Assembly: GCA_035290865.1 (NCBI GenBank)
Contig: DATDTM010000018.1
Coordinates: 11,763-75,762, forward strand
DNA from: Candidatus Nanoarchaeia archaeon
GTDB lineage: Archaea; Nanobdellota; Nanobdellia; Woesearchaeales; GW2011-AR9
DNA: 64,000 nucleotides
Reading direction: 5' to 3'
Part shown: positions 49,974 to 59,144 of the stretch, piece by piece
Numbering within the stretch: the first letter of the stretch is position 1
Layout: the number at the start of each line of letters is the position of its first letter
The notes under the pieces: generated by a model
The model's input: the letters and a program-made list of their open reading frames with translations, nothing else
The model's database searches: none
Told to the model about the DNA's origin: nothing
Program-made: the position numbers and the translations under genes

Positions 49974-51425
49974 TTAGGTTGAACTTTTAAAATAATACAG
50001 GTCCAGCTCTTTATATTTCTTTTCTAAGATTAAAGGAAATTTACCAATTAATAACTCTTGGTAATAATCTCCGGTTTTTATATTACGAGAAGAGACCAGC
50101 CAGAAATTCTTCTCTTTAGAAATGTTTTGGAATAATTCTTCCTCGTTAATCTGGACTAATTTACCCCTTTCTTCCCAAGTTAAATTTAAGTGCCTAAAAT
50201 TGGGAGATGAATAATAATCATACAAGAGAACATTTGATCCAGAGCGGTCAAAAAGAATCAGAATATTCTGATCCGAATGCTCTGAGATGAAATTAACAGC
50301 TTCAGCCCAGGGAGCTTTAGTGGTTTCGGTATAATAAACCAATAAGGTATAAGAATTAAACAACAAAATAATTAAGATTGCGGTTAATTTTAGTTGATTA
50401 GGCTTTATTTTTAATACTGCCCAGGCTAAAAGAATAATAAAAAAAGGAAAGATAAAAAAAGAATGGCGAATCAAAGCAAATGAACGTAAGATTGTTTCTA
50501 ATAAAATTAAATGCACGATACCCAACAATAAAGCGAAGAATAAAATGGTTCTAACCAAATATTCCTGCTTAAATCTGAGGATTAAATATTTCTTAAAAAT
50601 GTAAAATCCGAATACGAAAAAGAATAAAGAAATTATTAAAGGCAATAAATAAAATAAAATCCCTAAATTACTTAAAAATTCAGGTACTCCGCGCAAAATT
50701 AAAGTTTTTTGTAAGATAGGGTGGCGGATTAAAGCCTGGAGGTAAAGTATTTGCATCCCCGGTAGGAACAAGATAAAAGTGCTAATGAAAGAAAAGATTT
50801 GAGTTTTCAGCGAGGATTTGCTTTGGAAATAAAAGAAAAATAAAAAAATTAGTAGATGGAATAACAATTCAAATAAAGCCAGGTAATTGATGTATAAAGA
50901 AACCGCATTAACTAGAGTATATCCCAAAAAGTAATATTTTCTTTTCGAGCCAAGGTCATTTTGGTATAAACATAAAAAGAGATAAGAAGAAAGCAAGACT
51001 AAAAAACCGAAGAGAGCGTAAGGCCGGGCTTCCTGGGCATAGACTATCGGAAGCATAGTGGTAGAGAAAACCAAAGCGGAGAGTAAGCCTACTTTCTGGT
51101 TAAAGACTTTTTTTCCGAGAAGATAAACCAAGATTATCGAGAAACAATCAAATAGAACAGATAAAAATCTCAAAGAAAATTCAGATTCTCCAAAATAATT
51201 GGCCCAAGATTGTAACATCAAAAAGTATCCAGGAGGCATAAGTTCAGCATAAATGACTGAATCTATCAGCTCTTTAGCATTCTCCGCACGCAGATGGATC
51301 AAAGAAATCATCTCATCAGTCCAGAGAGATTCTGCAGTGAGATCATAAAATCTTAACCCGACGCCTAAGAGAATAATTAGAAATAAACAGAATAAAAACG
51401 TTTTGTTATTAATTGGATTGGGCAT
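49974..51425 (-). CDS. GT-C fold glycosyltransferase (ArnT/PMT-like)
   Basis: 483 aa polytopic. ESLWTDEMISLIHL DE motif in the first loop. Confidence 0.65.
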   Translation of the reverse strand: MPNPINNKTFLFCLFLIILLGVGLRFYDLTAESLWTDEMISLIHLRAENAKELIDSVIYAELMPPGYFLMLQSWANYFGESEFSLRFLSVLFDCFSIILVYLLGKKVFNQKVGLLSALVFSTTMLPIVYAQEARPYALFGFLVLLSSYLFLCLYQNDLGSKRKYYFLGYTLVNAVSLYINYLALFELLFHLLIFLFFFYFQSKSSLKTQIFSFISTFILFLPGMQILYLQALIRHPILQKTLILRGVPEFLSNLGILFYLLPLIISLFFFVFGFYIFKKYLILRFKQEYLVRTILFFALLLGIVHLILLETILRSFALIRHSFFIFPFFIILLAWAVLKIKPNQLKLTAILIILLFNSYTLLVYYTETTKAPWAEAVNFISEHSDQNILILFDRSGSNVLLYDYYSSPNFRHLNLTWEERGKLVQINEEELFQNISKEKNFWLVSSRNIKTGDYYQELLIGKFPLILEKKYKELDLYYFKSST

Positions 51426-51438
51426 GATTGTTTAGCAC

Positions 51439-52272
51439 CTAAATACTTTTAAAAAAATCTTGGGGATAGATCAATCTGATTCTCTTTTTCTTCAACTCTT
51501 TAAAATCTTCTTTAGTGGGCATCCTGGTGAAGGTTGCTTTAGTCTCATCTTGCTTAATGACCGGAAGAGGGCTGCTTTGATCTGCATAATCCTCAATAAA
51601 TTCATTGAGCATCTGGCCGAAAGATTTAGCCAGCTGATGATGAAGCTGATAAACAGAACTATTTTGATCATAAGTAAATTTCCTCTGGAAGATGATATCG
51701 CCAGTATCTAAACCCGCATTCATAAAATGGATGGTAACTCCGTAGTGTGAATCATTATTTAAACGGTACCAAAAATATTGGGCAGCCCCGCGATATTCCG
51801 GTAAGTAAGAGCCATGAGCATTAATCAAACGGTTTCCTAAAGTAGTAAAAACATTCTTTTTCAGAATCTGAGCTACTAAGCATAAGACATAATCGGGATT
51901 AAGCTCTTTTATTTTGGTAAGGAAACTCTCTTCACTAAGATCAGAAGTGGTAATAAGGGGGATGTTTTTCTTTCTAGCCAGATCGATGATAGAAACTGCT
52001 CGATCATCTCTATAGGCTTTACTCTTAATCATTTTATGTCCAGCTAACAGGAGGTTATATAATTTCGATTCCACTAATTTGTAGATGAAAAAATTGAAAG
52101 ATGATTTCTGGGTTAATTTATAGGCTACTTTTAACTGGCCAATTAAAGAATCACCCCGAAACTGACTGGCCAGGACAATAGCTTGGATTTTATCGGAATT
52201 TTTTAGAAGAATCTCTCGAGTTGCCACTATCGAAGCCATAGTATTCTGGGTAAAGAGGATTATTTTTGCCAT
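51439..52272 (-). CDS. formyltransferase-domain protein (ArnA-N/Fmt/sugar N-formyltransferase-like)
   Basis: LINAHGSYLPEYRGAA...GVTIHFMNAGLDTGDII (HxSLLPxxRG plus catalytic Asp region). Confidence 0.75.
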   Translation of the reverse strand: MAKIILFTQNTMASIVATREILLKNSDKIQAIVLASQFRGDSLIGQLKVAYKLTQKSSFNFFIYKLVESKLYNLLLAGHKMIKSKAYRDDRAVSIIDLARKKNIPLITTSDLSEESFLTKIKELNPDYVLCLVAQILKKNVFTTLGNRLINAHGSYLPEYRGAAQYFWYRLNNDSHYGVTIHFMNAGLDTGDIIFQRKFTYDQNSSVYQLHHQLAKSFGQMLNEFIEDYADQSSPLPVIKQDETKATFTRMPTKEDFKELKKKRIRLIYPQDFFKSI

Positions 52273-52295
52273 AAGTTATTATCTTTTGCTGAAGG

Positions 52296-53036
52296 TTAAA
52301 AAGATTTAAACCTTAACTGAAAGATGCGTTTAAGATAAAGCATCCCAAACTTGAATAAGCCGGATATAGTTTTAGCAGTTTTAGACTGGCCTGCGCGACG
52401 GTCTATAAAAGAGAAAGGAACCTCTTGGATAGAATATCCTTTCTTTCCCGCTTGGTATAAAAATTCAATACAATATTCTCCATAGCCAGAATCAGATAAC
52501 CTGATTTTATCTAATACTTCTCTTCTGGCGGCAACAAAACCACTATCATAATCTAAAACTTTAAAATTTAAGACCAAATTAGTGACGAGGTTAATGAATC
52601 TACTGGAAATTACTCTTAATAGAGGGCGCTGATCTTTCCCCCCTTTAGCATAACGTGAACCAACAGTAATATCTTTATCTTTCAATATGGAGAGCATCTG
52701 GGGTATTAATTCCGGAGGCATGGACAAATCTGCATCCATCCAGAGCACATATTTTCCGTTAGATTGATCTATTCCGCGCTGGATAGCGCTGGCTAGCTTC
52801 TTTTCATTAATCCTACGAATAACTTTAACCTCTGGATCCTTGAGCTCTTCAGCAATCTGCCAGGTCAAATCCGGACTATCATCATCTACCACTAAAATCT
52901 CTTTAGAATAGGCAGATAAAGCCGCTTTAGTTCTTTGAATCAAAGGCAGAATATTCTGGGCTTCATTAAAAGTAGGAAAGACCACCGAAACTTCCGTTTG
53001 GACCGAGGTTTTGAGGGGGGTTTTAATTGAGGTCAT
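52296..53036 (-). CDS. family 2 glycosyltransferase (ArnC/DPM1-like polyprenyl-phosphate glycosyltransferase)
   Basis: VSVVFPTFNEAQNI...ILVVDDDSPD...WMDADL. Confidence 0.8.
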   Translation of the reverse strand: MTSIKTPLKTSVQTEVSVVFPTFNEAQNILPLIQRTKAALSAYSKEILVVDDDSPDLTWQIAEELKDPEVKVIRRINEKKLASAIQRGIDQSNGKYVLWMDADLSMPPELIPQMLSILKDKDITVGSRYAKGGKDQRPLLRVISSRFINLVTNLVLNFKVLDYDSGFVAARREVLDKIRLSDSGYGEYCIEFLYQAGKKGYSIQEVPFSFIDRRAGQSKTAKTISGLFKFGMLYLKRIFQLRFKSF

Positions 53037-53115
53037 CTTAGAACAATCTTTTAAATCTGGTTTTATATATCTTTTGGAAGTAAGATTAAGTTAAATTATT
53101 ATAAATTAAAATAAT

Positions 53116-53270
53116 AAAAAATCCCCATCGCAGCATACGCGAATCTGCAGATTCCCTAGTTGCTTATCAGCAACAGCTGCGGGGTATTTAATTAGTTGGG
53201 ATTTTTTAATCTTAACTGGGTAATTTAATATCATAGCAAGCTATGGGGTATGTACCCAGTTAAGAAATCA
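53116..53270 (+). repeat. structured repeat, copy 2 (subtype B); direct repeat upstream of the 5-formyl-THF cyclo-ligase gene
   Basis: Shared 5' module plus 3' arm. aaaaaatcccca... pairs with ...gttgggatttttt; cttaactgggta pairs with tacccagttaag; nested catagc/gctatg. Confidence 0.8.
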
Positions 53271-53317
53271 TAGTATCATAACCTTTTAAAAGTATTTAAC
53301 TTAAAAAGAATAGATTA

Positions 53318-53944
53318 ATGAGAAAATTAAGAGAAGAATTACTGAAAGTACGCGGTTCTTTAAGCCTAGAAGAAGTTAAAATTAAGAGTAAAGAGATTAT
53401 TAAAAATGTACTGCGATTCAAACCGTTTACAAATTCAGCAAAAACTCTTTATTATCATCCCAGAGGAAAAGAAGCAGATTTAATGGAATTAATGAATTTA
53501 TCGTTAAAAGAAAATAAACCCATCTTCCTTCCGAAAACATATTCCGCGGATACCTCAATGAAGATTCATCAGATTAAAGATTTTAATTCTGAGCTGGAGC
53601 TAGGAGCATATGGAATTAAAGAGCCTAAACCAATCTATCCCGAATTTCCAAGACAGAAATTAAATTTAATATTTATACCGGGAGTAGCTTTTGATCTTGC
53701 AGGAAACAGATTAGGAATGGGAAGAGGTTATTATGACCGATTTTTAAAAGATATTTCAGCAATAAAAGCGGGTATTGCCTACGAATTTCAGATAGTAGAT
53801 AGATTAGATGCGCAGAGACATGATATTCCAATGGATTTTATAATTACTGAAAAGAGAATCATTGAAATAAAAAATCCCAATCGCAGCATACGTGAATCTG
53901 CTGATTCCCTAGTTGCTTATCAGCAACAGCTGCGGGGTATTTAA
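53318..53944 (+). CDS. 5-formyltetrahydrofolate cyclo-ligase (MTHFS), with C-terminal 24 aa encoded by repeat copy 3
   Basis: GMGRGYYDRFL signature. ORF end ...KNPNRSIRESADSLVAYQQQLRGI* is a direct translation of the repeat 5' module. Confidence 0.75.
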   Translation: MRKLREELLKVRGSLSLEEVKIKSKEIIKNVLRFKPFTNSAKTLYYHPRGKEADLMELMNLSLKENKPIFLPKTYSADTSMKIHQIKDFNSELELGAYGIKEPKPIYPEFPRQKLNLIFIPGVAFDLAGNRLGMGRGYYDRFLKDISAIKAGIAYEFQIVDRLDAQRHDIPMDFIITEKRIIEIKNPNRSIRESADSLVAYQQQLRGI

Positions 53945-54023
53945 TTAGTTGGGATTTTTTAATCTTAACTGGGTAATTTAATATCATAGCAAGCTATGGG
54001 GTATGTACCCAGTTAAGAAATCA
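53869..54023 (+). repeat. structured repeat, copy 3 (subtype B); near-identical to copy 2 (few substitutions), overlapping the 3' end of the MTHFS ORF
   Basis: 155 nt, same stems as copy 2. Confidence 0.8.
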
Positions 54024-54091
54024 ATAGAAGCCAGTAAAGAGACCTGTTAAAAAAAAGCAGCAAAAAATAATTTTTAATTCATTTAAAAAAA

Positions 54092-54946
54092 ATGGCACAA
54101 TTACTTAACGGAAAGGAAGTTGCAGAAAAAATCCTAGCTGAACTAAAAATAAAAGCAGCTTCTTTCCCTGCGAGACCAACTTTAGGGATTATTTCCGTGG
54201 GTGAGGATCCCGCCTCTCAAGTGTATATCAAGAAGAAAATCAAAGCTGCAGAAGAAATAGGAGTTAAGGCCAAACATTACCAATTAAGAGAAAATACTGA
54301 AGAAAGAGAGTTATTAAAATTAATTGAAGAACTGAATCTTGACCCAGAGATGGATGGATTTATCGTCCAACTGCCGCTTCCGGAACAAATCCGCGAAGAG
54401 AGAATAATTGAGAGCGTTTCCCCGGAAAAAGATCTGGACGGTTTTCATCCATTTAACCAAGGGAAGATGTTTCAAGGGATAATCAATTCTGAAAGCCTAC
54501 TTCCAGCCACACCTTTGGGAATAATGAAATTATTAGAACATTACCAAATAGAATTAGAAGGAAAAAAAGCAGTAATGGTAGGAAGAAGCAATATCGTGGG
54601 AAAGCCGCTGGCTGCTCTTCTCTTGAACAAAAATGCCACGGTAACCATAGCCCATAGCAAAACTAAGAACTTAGCTGAACATACTCAAGCTGCAGATATA
54701 ATAATTGCTGCGGTAGGAAAACCAAATTTAATCACTGTAGAGATGATCAAACCAGGAGCAATAGTAATTGATGTAGGAATGAATCGGGTAAATGGAAAGC
54801 TGGTTGGAGATGTAGATTTTGAGAAAGTAAAAGAAAAAGCTGCTTATATTACCCCGGTTCCTGGAGGGGTTGGCCCAATGACGGTGGCCATGTTAATGTA
54901 TAATTTAATCTCTCGAAAAGATAAAGATTTAAAATTAAATGATTAA
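54092..54946 (+). CDS. folD: bifunctional 5,10-methylene-THF dehydrogenase / 5,10-methenyl-THF cyclohydrolase
   Basis: GKEVAEKI...PTLGIISVGEDPASQVYIKKKIKAAEEIGV. VGRSNIVGKPLAALL. PVPGGVGPMTVAML. Confidence 0.9.
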   Translation: MAQLLNGKEVAEKILAELKIKAASFPARPTLGIISVGEDPASQVYIKKKIKAAEEIGVKAKHYQLRENTEERELLKLIEELNLDPEMDGFIVQLPLPEQIREERIIESVSPEKDLDGFHPFNQGKMFQGIINSESLLPATPLGIMKLLEHYQIELEGKKAVMVGRSNIVGKPLAALLLNKNATVTIAHSKTKNLAEHTQAADIIIAAVGKPNLITVEMIKPGAIVIDVGMNRVNGKLVGDVDFEKVKEKAAYITPVPGGVGPMTVAMLMYNLISRKDKDLKLND

Positions 54947-55000
54947 AGTTAATAAGAAGTCAGATTAATTCAACAACAACAAAAAATAAACTTAACTAAA

Positions 55001-55879
55001 ATGAAAGTAATAATTTCCATCCCTGCCTATAACGAAGAGAAAACTCTTGCTCTGGTCTTATCTGAGATTCATCAAGTGATGAAAAGTGCAGGCTATGCTT
55101 ATGAAATTCTAGTTCTAAACGATGGTTCAACTGATAGAACTGTAGAAGTAGCCAAGAGTTTAGGAGTAATAGTAGTTTCCAATAAGATCAATCTGGGATT
55201 AGCGGAAACCTTCAAAAGAGAGATGAAAGAATGCTTAAAGTTAAAAGCAGACATTATTGTGCACACTGATGCAGACGGTCAATACCATCCCCAGCATATC
55301 CCACAATTAATCGGAAAAGTAAAGGAAGGATATGATCTGGTTCTAGGAAGCAGATTTCAGGGAAAAGTCAAACATATGCCTCTTTTGAAGAAAATGGGAA
55401 ACTTAGCCTTCTCTAAAGTTTTAAGTTCGCTGACTAAAATCAAGATTACTGATTCAACTACCGGATTCAGGGCCTTCACTCCAGAAATAGCTAGAGAGAT
55501 TAATTATATCAATACGTTTACCTATACTCAAGAGCAAATCATCAAAGCTGCCAAGCAAGGGTTTAAAATCACAGAGATTCCAATCATTTCAAGAAAGACC
55601 AGGGAGAGCAGGCTGTTTAAGAACCCATTTCAATATGCAATCAAAGCCTGGATCAATATTTTTCGAATCTACCGAGATTATCAGCCTTTAAAATTCTTTG
55701 GCAGGATTGGATTGTTTTTCCTGTCCATTGGTGTAGGTATTGGAGTTTGGCTGGCCTATCGCTACTTTACTTTAGGCTATGTAGGAAAAACACCCTCTAC
55801 CCAGCTAAGCGTACTTTTGATTTTGATGGGAATCCAGATTGTTTTATTTGGATTCCTGGCGGATATGGTTCAGAAATAG
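55001..55879 (+). CDS. family 2 glycosyltransferase with two C-terminal TM helices (GtrB/ArnC/AglD-like polyprenyl-phosphate glycosyltransferase)
   Basis: ISIPAYNEEKTL...VLNDGSTDRT...DADGQYHP, plus the C-terminal hydrophobic pair. Confidence 0.8.
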   Translation: MKVIISIPAYNEEKTLALVLSEIHQVMKSAGYAYEILVLNDGSTDRTVEVAKSLGVIVVSNKINLGLAETFKREMKECLKLKADIIVHTDADGQYHPQHIPQLIGKVKEGYDLVLGSRFQGKVKHMPLLKKMGNLAFSKVLSSLTKIKITDSTTGFRAFTPEIAREINYINTFTYTQEQIIKAAKQGFKITEIPIISRKTRESRLFKNPFQYAIKAWINIFRIYRDYQPLKFFGRIGLFFLSIGVGIGVWLAYRYFTLGYVGKTPSTQLSVLLILMGIQIVLFGFLADMVQK

Positions 55880-55981
55880 GTGAATATAATAGTTAAGATC
55901 ACAATTTAAAATGTTTTATTCCAGAGCTGGTTTAAGGTTAAATAATCTTTATATACCCTTTCTTCTCAAAAATACCCTAAA

Positions 55982-58300
55982 ATGAGCACAGATGTGAAGA
56001 TTATCGTTACCTTAGGCCCGGCGACCGGTAAAGAAGAGGACCTGCACAGAATTAAAGACAAGGGGGTTAATTTTGTTCGGGTAAATATGTCTCATTCTTC
56101 TCTGGAAGACCTAAAATATTTCATTGGATTAGCCAAGAAAGTAGGAATTCCTTTTGTGATTGATACAGAAGGTTCACAGATCAGGACCGGAGAATTAAGC
56201 ACCAATAGTATTTCTTTAGAAGAAAATCAGGAAGTCAAGATTTATGATCAAGAAATAATCGGAAATACTGAAAAAATTTCATTTAAACCTGGGCACATAG
56301 TCCAGCAGCTGGAAAAAGGGGATTTAATCTATGTGGATTTCGATACTTTAACTTTGTTGGTTTCGGATACTTCTACTCTTAATCAAGGTTATATTACTGC
56401 CAAGGCCATCACCAGCGGATCTTTAGGTAGAAATAAGGGGGTAGTAATTGATTCCGGGTGCGGTAAAAGATTTGATCTTCCCACCTTATCTAAGAAAGAT
56501 TATGAATCAATCAAAATTGGGCTTGAAGAAGGGATCGGATATATCGCTGCCTCGTTCATGCGCTCAGGCCAGGCAGTAGATGAAGTGCGCAGAGCCACCC
56601 AGAATACCATGAAAATTATCTCTAAAATTGAATGTATGGATGCTTTAGAAAATATTGATGAGATCATCAAGAAATCTGATTACTTGCTTATTGATCGGGG
56701 AGATTTAAGCAAAGAGATTCCCATTGAAAAAATTGCTTTCACCCAAAAAATAATAATCAACAAAGCTAAACGAAAAAACAAAGAGGTGTTTGTAGCTACT
56801 AACCTTCTAGAGACCATGATGGAAAAAAGAAAGCCCACCAGAGCAGAGGTTCATGATATTATCAGCACTATCGTGGATGGGGCTAGGGGATTAGCTTTAG
56901 CAGGAGAGACCGCGATCGGAAAACACCCTTTAGAATGTATCAACATGCTCAACAAATTAATCAAACATGCTCAGCTAGCGATCAATATCGACCAATTTAA
57001 AGATAAAGAAGATAAGTTTGTGGATAATCTGGAACAAAGCAATTATCTATTAGATCGAAGTATTTCTTCCTCGCTCATTCCCCCCCATGGAGGGAAATTA
57101 GTTGAGCGAGTATTAAACCCGCTAATAGATTTAGAATATCTTAAAACCCTAAAAAAAGTGGTCATCGACGCTACTAAATATATGGATGTAGAACAAATCG
57201 CTCTAGGCGGTTATAGTCCGCTGGAAGGGTTTATGGGAAAAGAAGATTTTGAAAGCGTTTTAGACACGATGAAATTAGCTAATGGAATTATCTGGCCCCT
57301 ACCTATCATTTTGGATGTTCAAAAAGAAACTGCAGATAAATTGTCCATCGGAGAGACTATCGTTTTAGTCTCTAATCAAGGCCAGCAGGGGGATGCAGGA
57401 CAAGGAGAAGAAGTTGCCCTATTGCATCTGGAAGAGAAATTTACTTATGATAAAACAGAAATGTGTGAAAAGATGTATGGAACTACTGATGAAAAGCATC
57501 CAGGAGTAAAGATGGTTCAGACCTTCAATCCTATATTATTAGGAGGGAAAATAGATTTGATCAAACGCAGGGAAACTGAACATAAAGAATATGAATTAAC
57601 CCCCAAACAAACCAGAAGATTATTTGAAGAACGAGGCTGGGCCAAAGTCGTCGGATTTCATACCCGAAATGTAATCCATCGAAGCCATGAATTTATTCAG
57701 ATGAAAGCTCTGGAAGAAGGAAGATGTGATGGCTTATTAGTCCATCCAGTGATCGGCAAAAAGAAAAGTGGAGACTTCCAAGCCAAGTTTATCATCAAGA
57801 GCTATGAGACTATGGTTAAAAACTTTTATCCCAAGAACCGGGTCATTTTCAGTACTTTAGCTACTTATTCCCGCTATGCCGGACCGAGAGAAGCTTTATT
57901 TACGGCTTTATGCAGGAAGAATCATGGCTGCAGTCATTTTATTGTAGGCAGAGACCATACGGGAGTGGGAGACTATTATCATCCTAAAGCCTCCCATAAT
58001 ATCTTTGACCGTTTTCCGGAAATAGGAATCAAAGCGGTAAAATTTGATAAAGTATTTTATTCCAAAAGATTGCAGAAACATGTCCACGAAAAAGAAGCTG
58101 GGAAAGAGGCTGAAAGAGTAAAGGCAATCGAAGGAAACGAGGAGAACGGCGAGAATGATCGGATGGAGATTAGCGGAACTCAAGCCAGAAAAATGTTTGA
58201 GCAAGGGCTGACTCCTCCGGAATGGTTCATGCGTCCGGAGATATCCCGGGTTATTGCTGAAGCAATTCAACGAGGAGAAGAAGTGTTTGTGAGGGAATGA
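55982..58300 (+). CDS. fusion protein: pyruvate-kinase-like catalytic domain (N, ~330 aa) + complete ATP sulfurylase / sulfate adenylyltransferase (C, ~430 aa)
   Basis: PK blocks: IIVTLGPATG, RVNMSHSS, VIDTEGSQIRTG, ISKIEC, LIDRGDLSKEIP, ATNLLETMMEKRKPTRAEVHD, VDGARGLALAGETAIGKHP. ATPS blocks: LIPPHGG (PUA-like), GFHTRNVIHRSHE (QTRNxxHRAHE), GRDHTGVGDYY (GRDHAG), MAGPREALF. Confidence 0.85.
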   Translation: MSTDVKIIVTLGPATGKEEDLHRIKDKGVNFVRVNMSHSSLEDLKYFIGLAKKVGIPFVIDTEGSQIRTGELSTNSISLEENQEVKIYDQEIIGNTEKISFKPGHIVQQLEKGDLIYVDFDTLTLLVSDTSTLNQGYITAKAITSGSLGRNKGVVIDSGCGKRFDLPTLSKKDYESIKIGLEEGIGYIAASFMRSGQAVDEVRRATQNTMKIISKIECMDALENIDEIIKKSDYLLIDRGDLSKEIPIEKIAFTQKIIINKAKRKNKEVFVATNLLETMMEKRKPTRAEVHDIISTIVDGARGLALAGETAIGKHPLECINMLNKLIKHAQLAINIDQFKDKEDKFVDNLEQSNYLLDRSISSSLIPPHGGKLVERVLNPLIDLEYLKTLKKVVIDATKYMDVEQIALGGYSPLEGFMGKEDFESVLDTMKLANGIIWPLPIILDVQKETADKLSIGETIVLVSNQGQQGDAGQGEEVALLHLEEKFTYDKTEMCEKMYGTTDEKHPGVKMVQTFNPILLGGKIDLIKRRETEHKEYELTPKQTRRLFEERGWAKVVGFHTRNVIHRSHEFIQMKALEEGRCDGLLVHPVIGKKKSGDFQAKFIIKSYETMVKNFYPKNRVIFSTLATYSRYAGPREALFTALCRKNHGCSHFIVGRDHTGVGDYYHPKASHNIFDRFPEIGIKAVKFDKVFYSKRLQKHVHEKEAGKEAERVKAIEGNEENGENDRMEISGTQARKMFEQGLTPPEWFMRPEISRVIAEAIQRGEEVFVRE

Positions 58301-58301
58301 A

Positions 58302-59144
58302 ATGTCCACTGAACCAGAATTCTTCTCGGAAACTAAATTAGCGATAAAAGCTGCCCTTAACGCAGGAAAAGAAGTGTTAAAGATTTATAATAGTGAATTT
58401 ACAACCACTTACAAAAAAGATACTACTCCAATAACAGAAGCCGATCTAAAGAGCAATGAAACCATTATCAAAATTCTGGAATTATCCGGATATTATCTGC
58501 TTTCCGAAGAGAATATTAAGGATAATTACATTGAAAACCTTCCTCAGAAAACCTCCACAAAATTCTGGGTAGTAGATCCGCTTGACGGAACTGCTGATTT
58601 CATAAATAAAACCGGGGAATTTGCAGTAATGATCGCTTTGGTTGAAAACAGAAAACCAATTTTGGGAGTAATCTATCAGCCGGTCGGAGATCGATTATTT
58701 GTAGCTCAAAAGAATAGCGGAGCTTTCTTTAAAGATAAAGAGAATTGGATTAAACTAAAAGTGAATACTCTGGATAAACTTAAAGAGAGTAAAGCAGTAG
58801 TAAGTAAAAACCATTTAGAAGAAATTGAGAAAGATTTCTTGGATATTGTCGGTATCTCAAGTTTCAGTCAAAAAGGGAGCTGCGGGCTGAAAGTAGCGGA
58901 AATCTGCCAGCAAAAAGCGGAATTATATTTTACCCGAACCAATAAAATCAAAATCTGGGATACGGCTGCGGCATATTGCTTGATAATTGAAGCTGGTGGA
59001 AAAATGACAGATATGCTTGGTGAAGAGTTAAATTATGATTTAGCGGAAATTTATCATCAAAAGGGGGTGTTGGTGAGCAATGGAATAATTCATGATGAAG
59101 TTAGTGAACAATGGTCAATATTTCTAGAGGAGAACACTAATTAA
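58302..59144 (+). CDS. cysQ: inositol-monophosphatase-family phosphatase, CysQ-like 3'(2'),5'-bisphosphate nucleotidase
   Basis: WVVDPLDGTADFI, WDTAAA. ATG 1 nt after the fusion-gene TGA (translational coupling). Confidence 0.7.
   Translation: MSTEPEFFSETKLAIKAALNAGKEVLKIYNSEFTTTYKKDTTPITEADLKSNETIIKILELSGYYLLSEENIKDNYIENLPQKTSTKFWVVDPLDGTADFINKTGEFAVMIALVENRKPILGVIYQPVGDRLFVAQKNSGAFFKDKENWIKLKVNTLDKLKESKAVVSKNHLEEIEKDFLDIVGISSFSQKGSCGLKVAEICQQKAELYFTRTNKIKIWDTAAAYCLIIEAGGKMTDMLGEELNYDLAEIYHQKGVLVSNGIIHDEVSEQWSIFLEENTN

Noticed and set aside
14638-54023. CRISPR array interpretation of the repeats
   Set aside because: The repeats are ~155 nt, not 25-40 nt. Spacing is irregular (tens of kb, and a 600-bp gene between copies 2 and 3). 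No cas genes are present.
55982-56980. N-terminal domain of the fusion as PEP mutase / ICL-family TIM barrel (phosphonate pathway)
   Set aside because: Block-by-block similarity is to pyruvate kinase (IRTG, ISKIE, RGDLG-E, TQMLESM-like NLLETMMEKRKPTRAE, SGETAKG-like AGETAIG), not PEPM.
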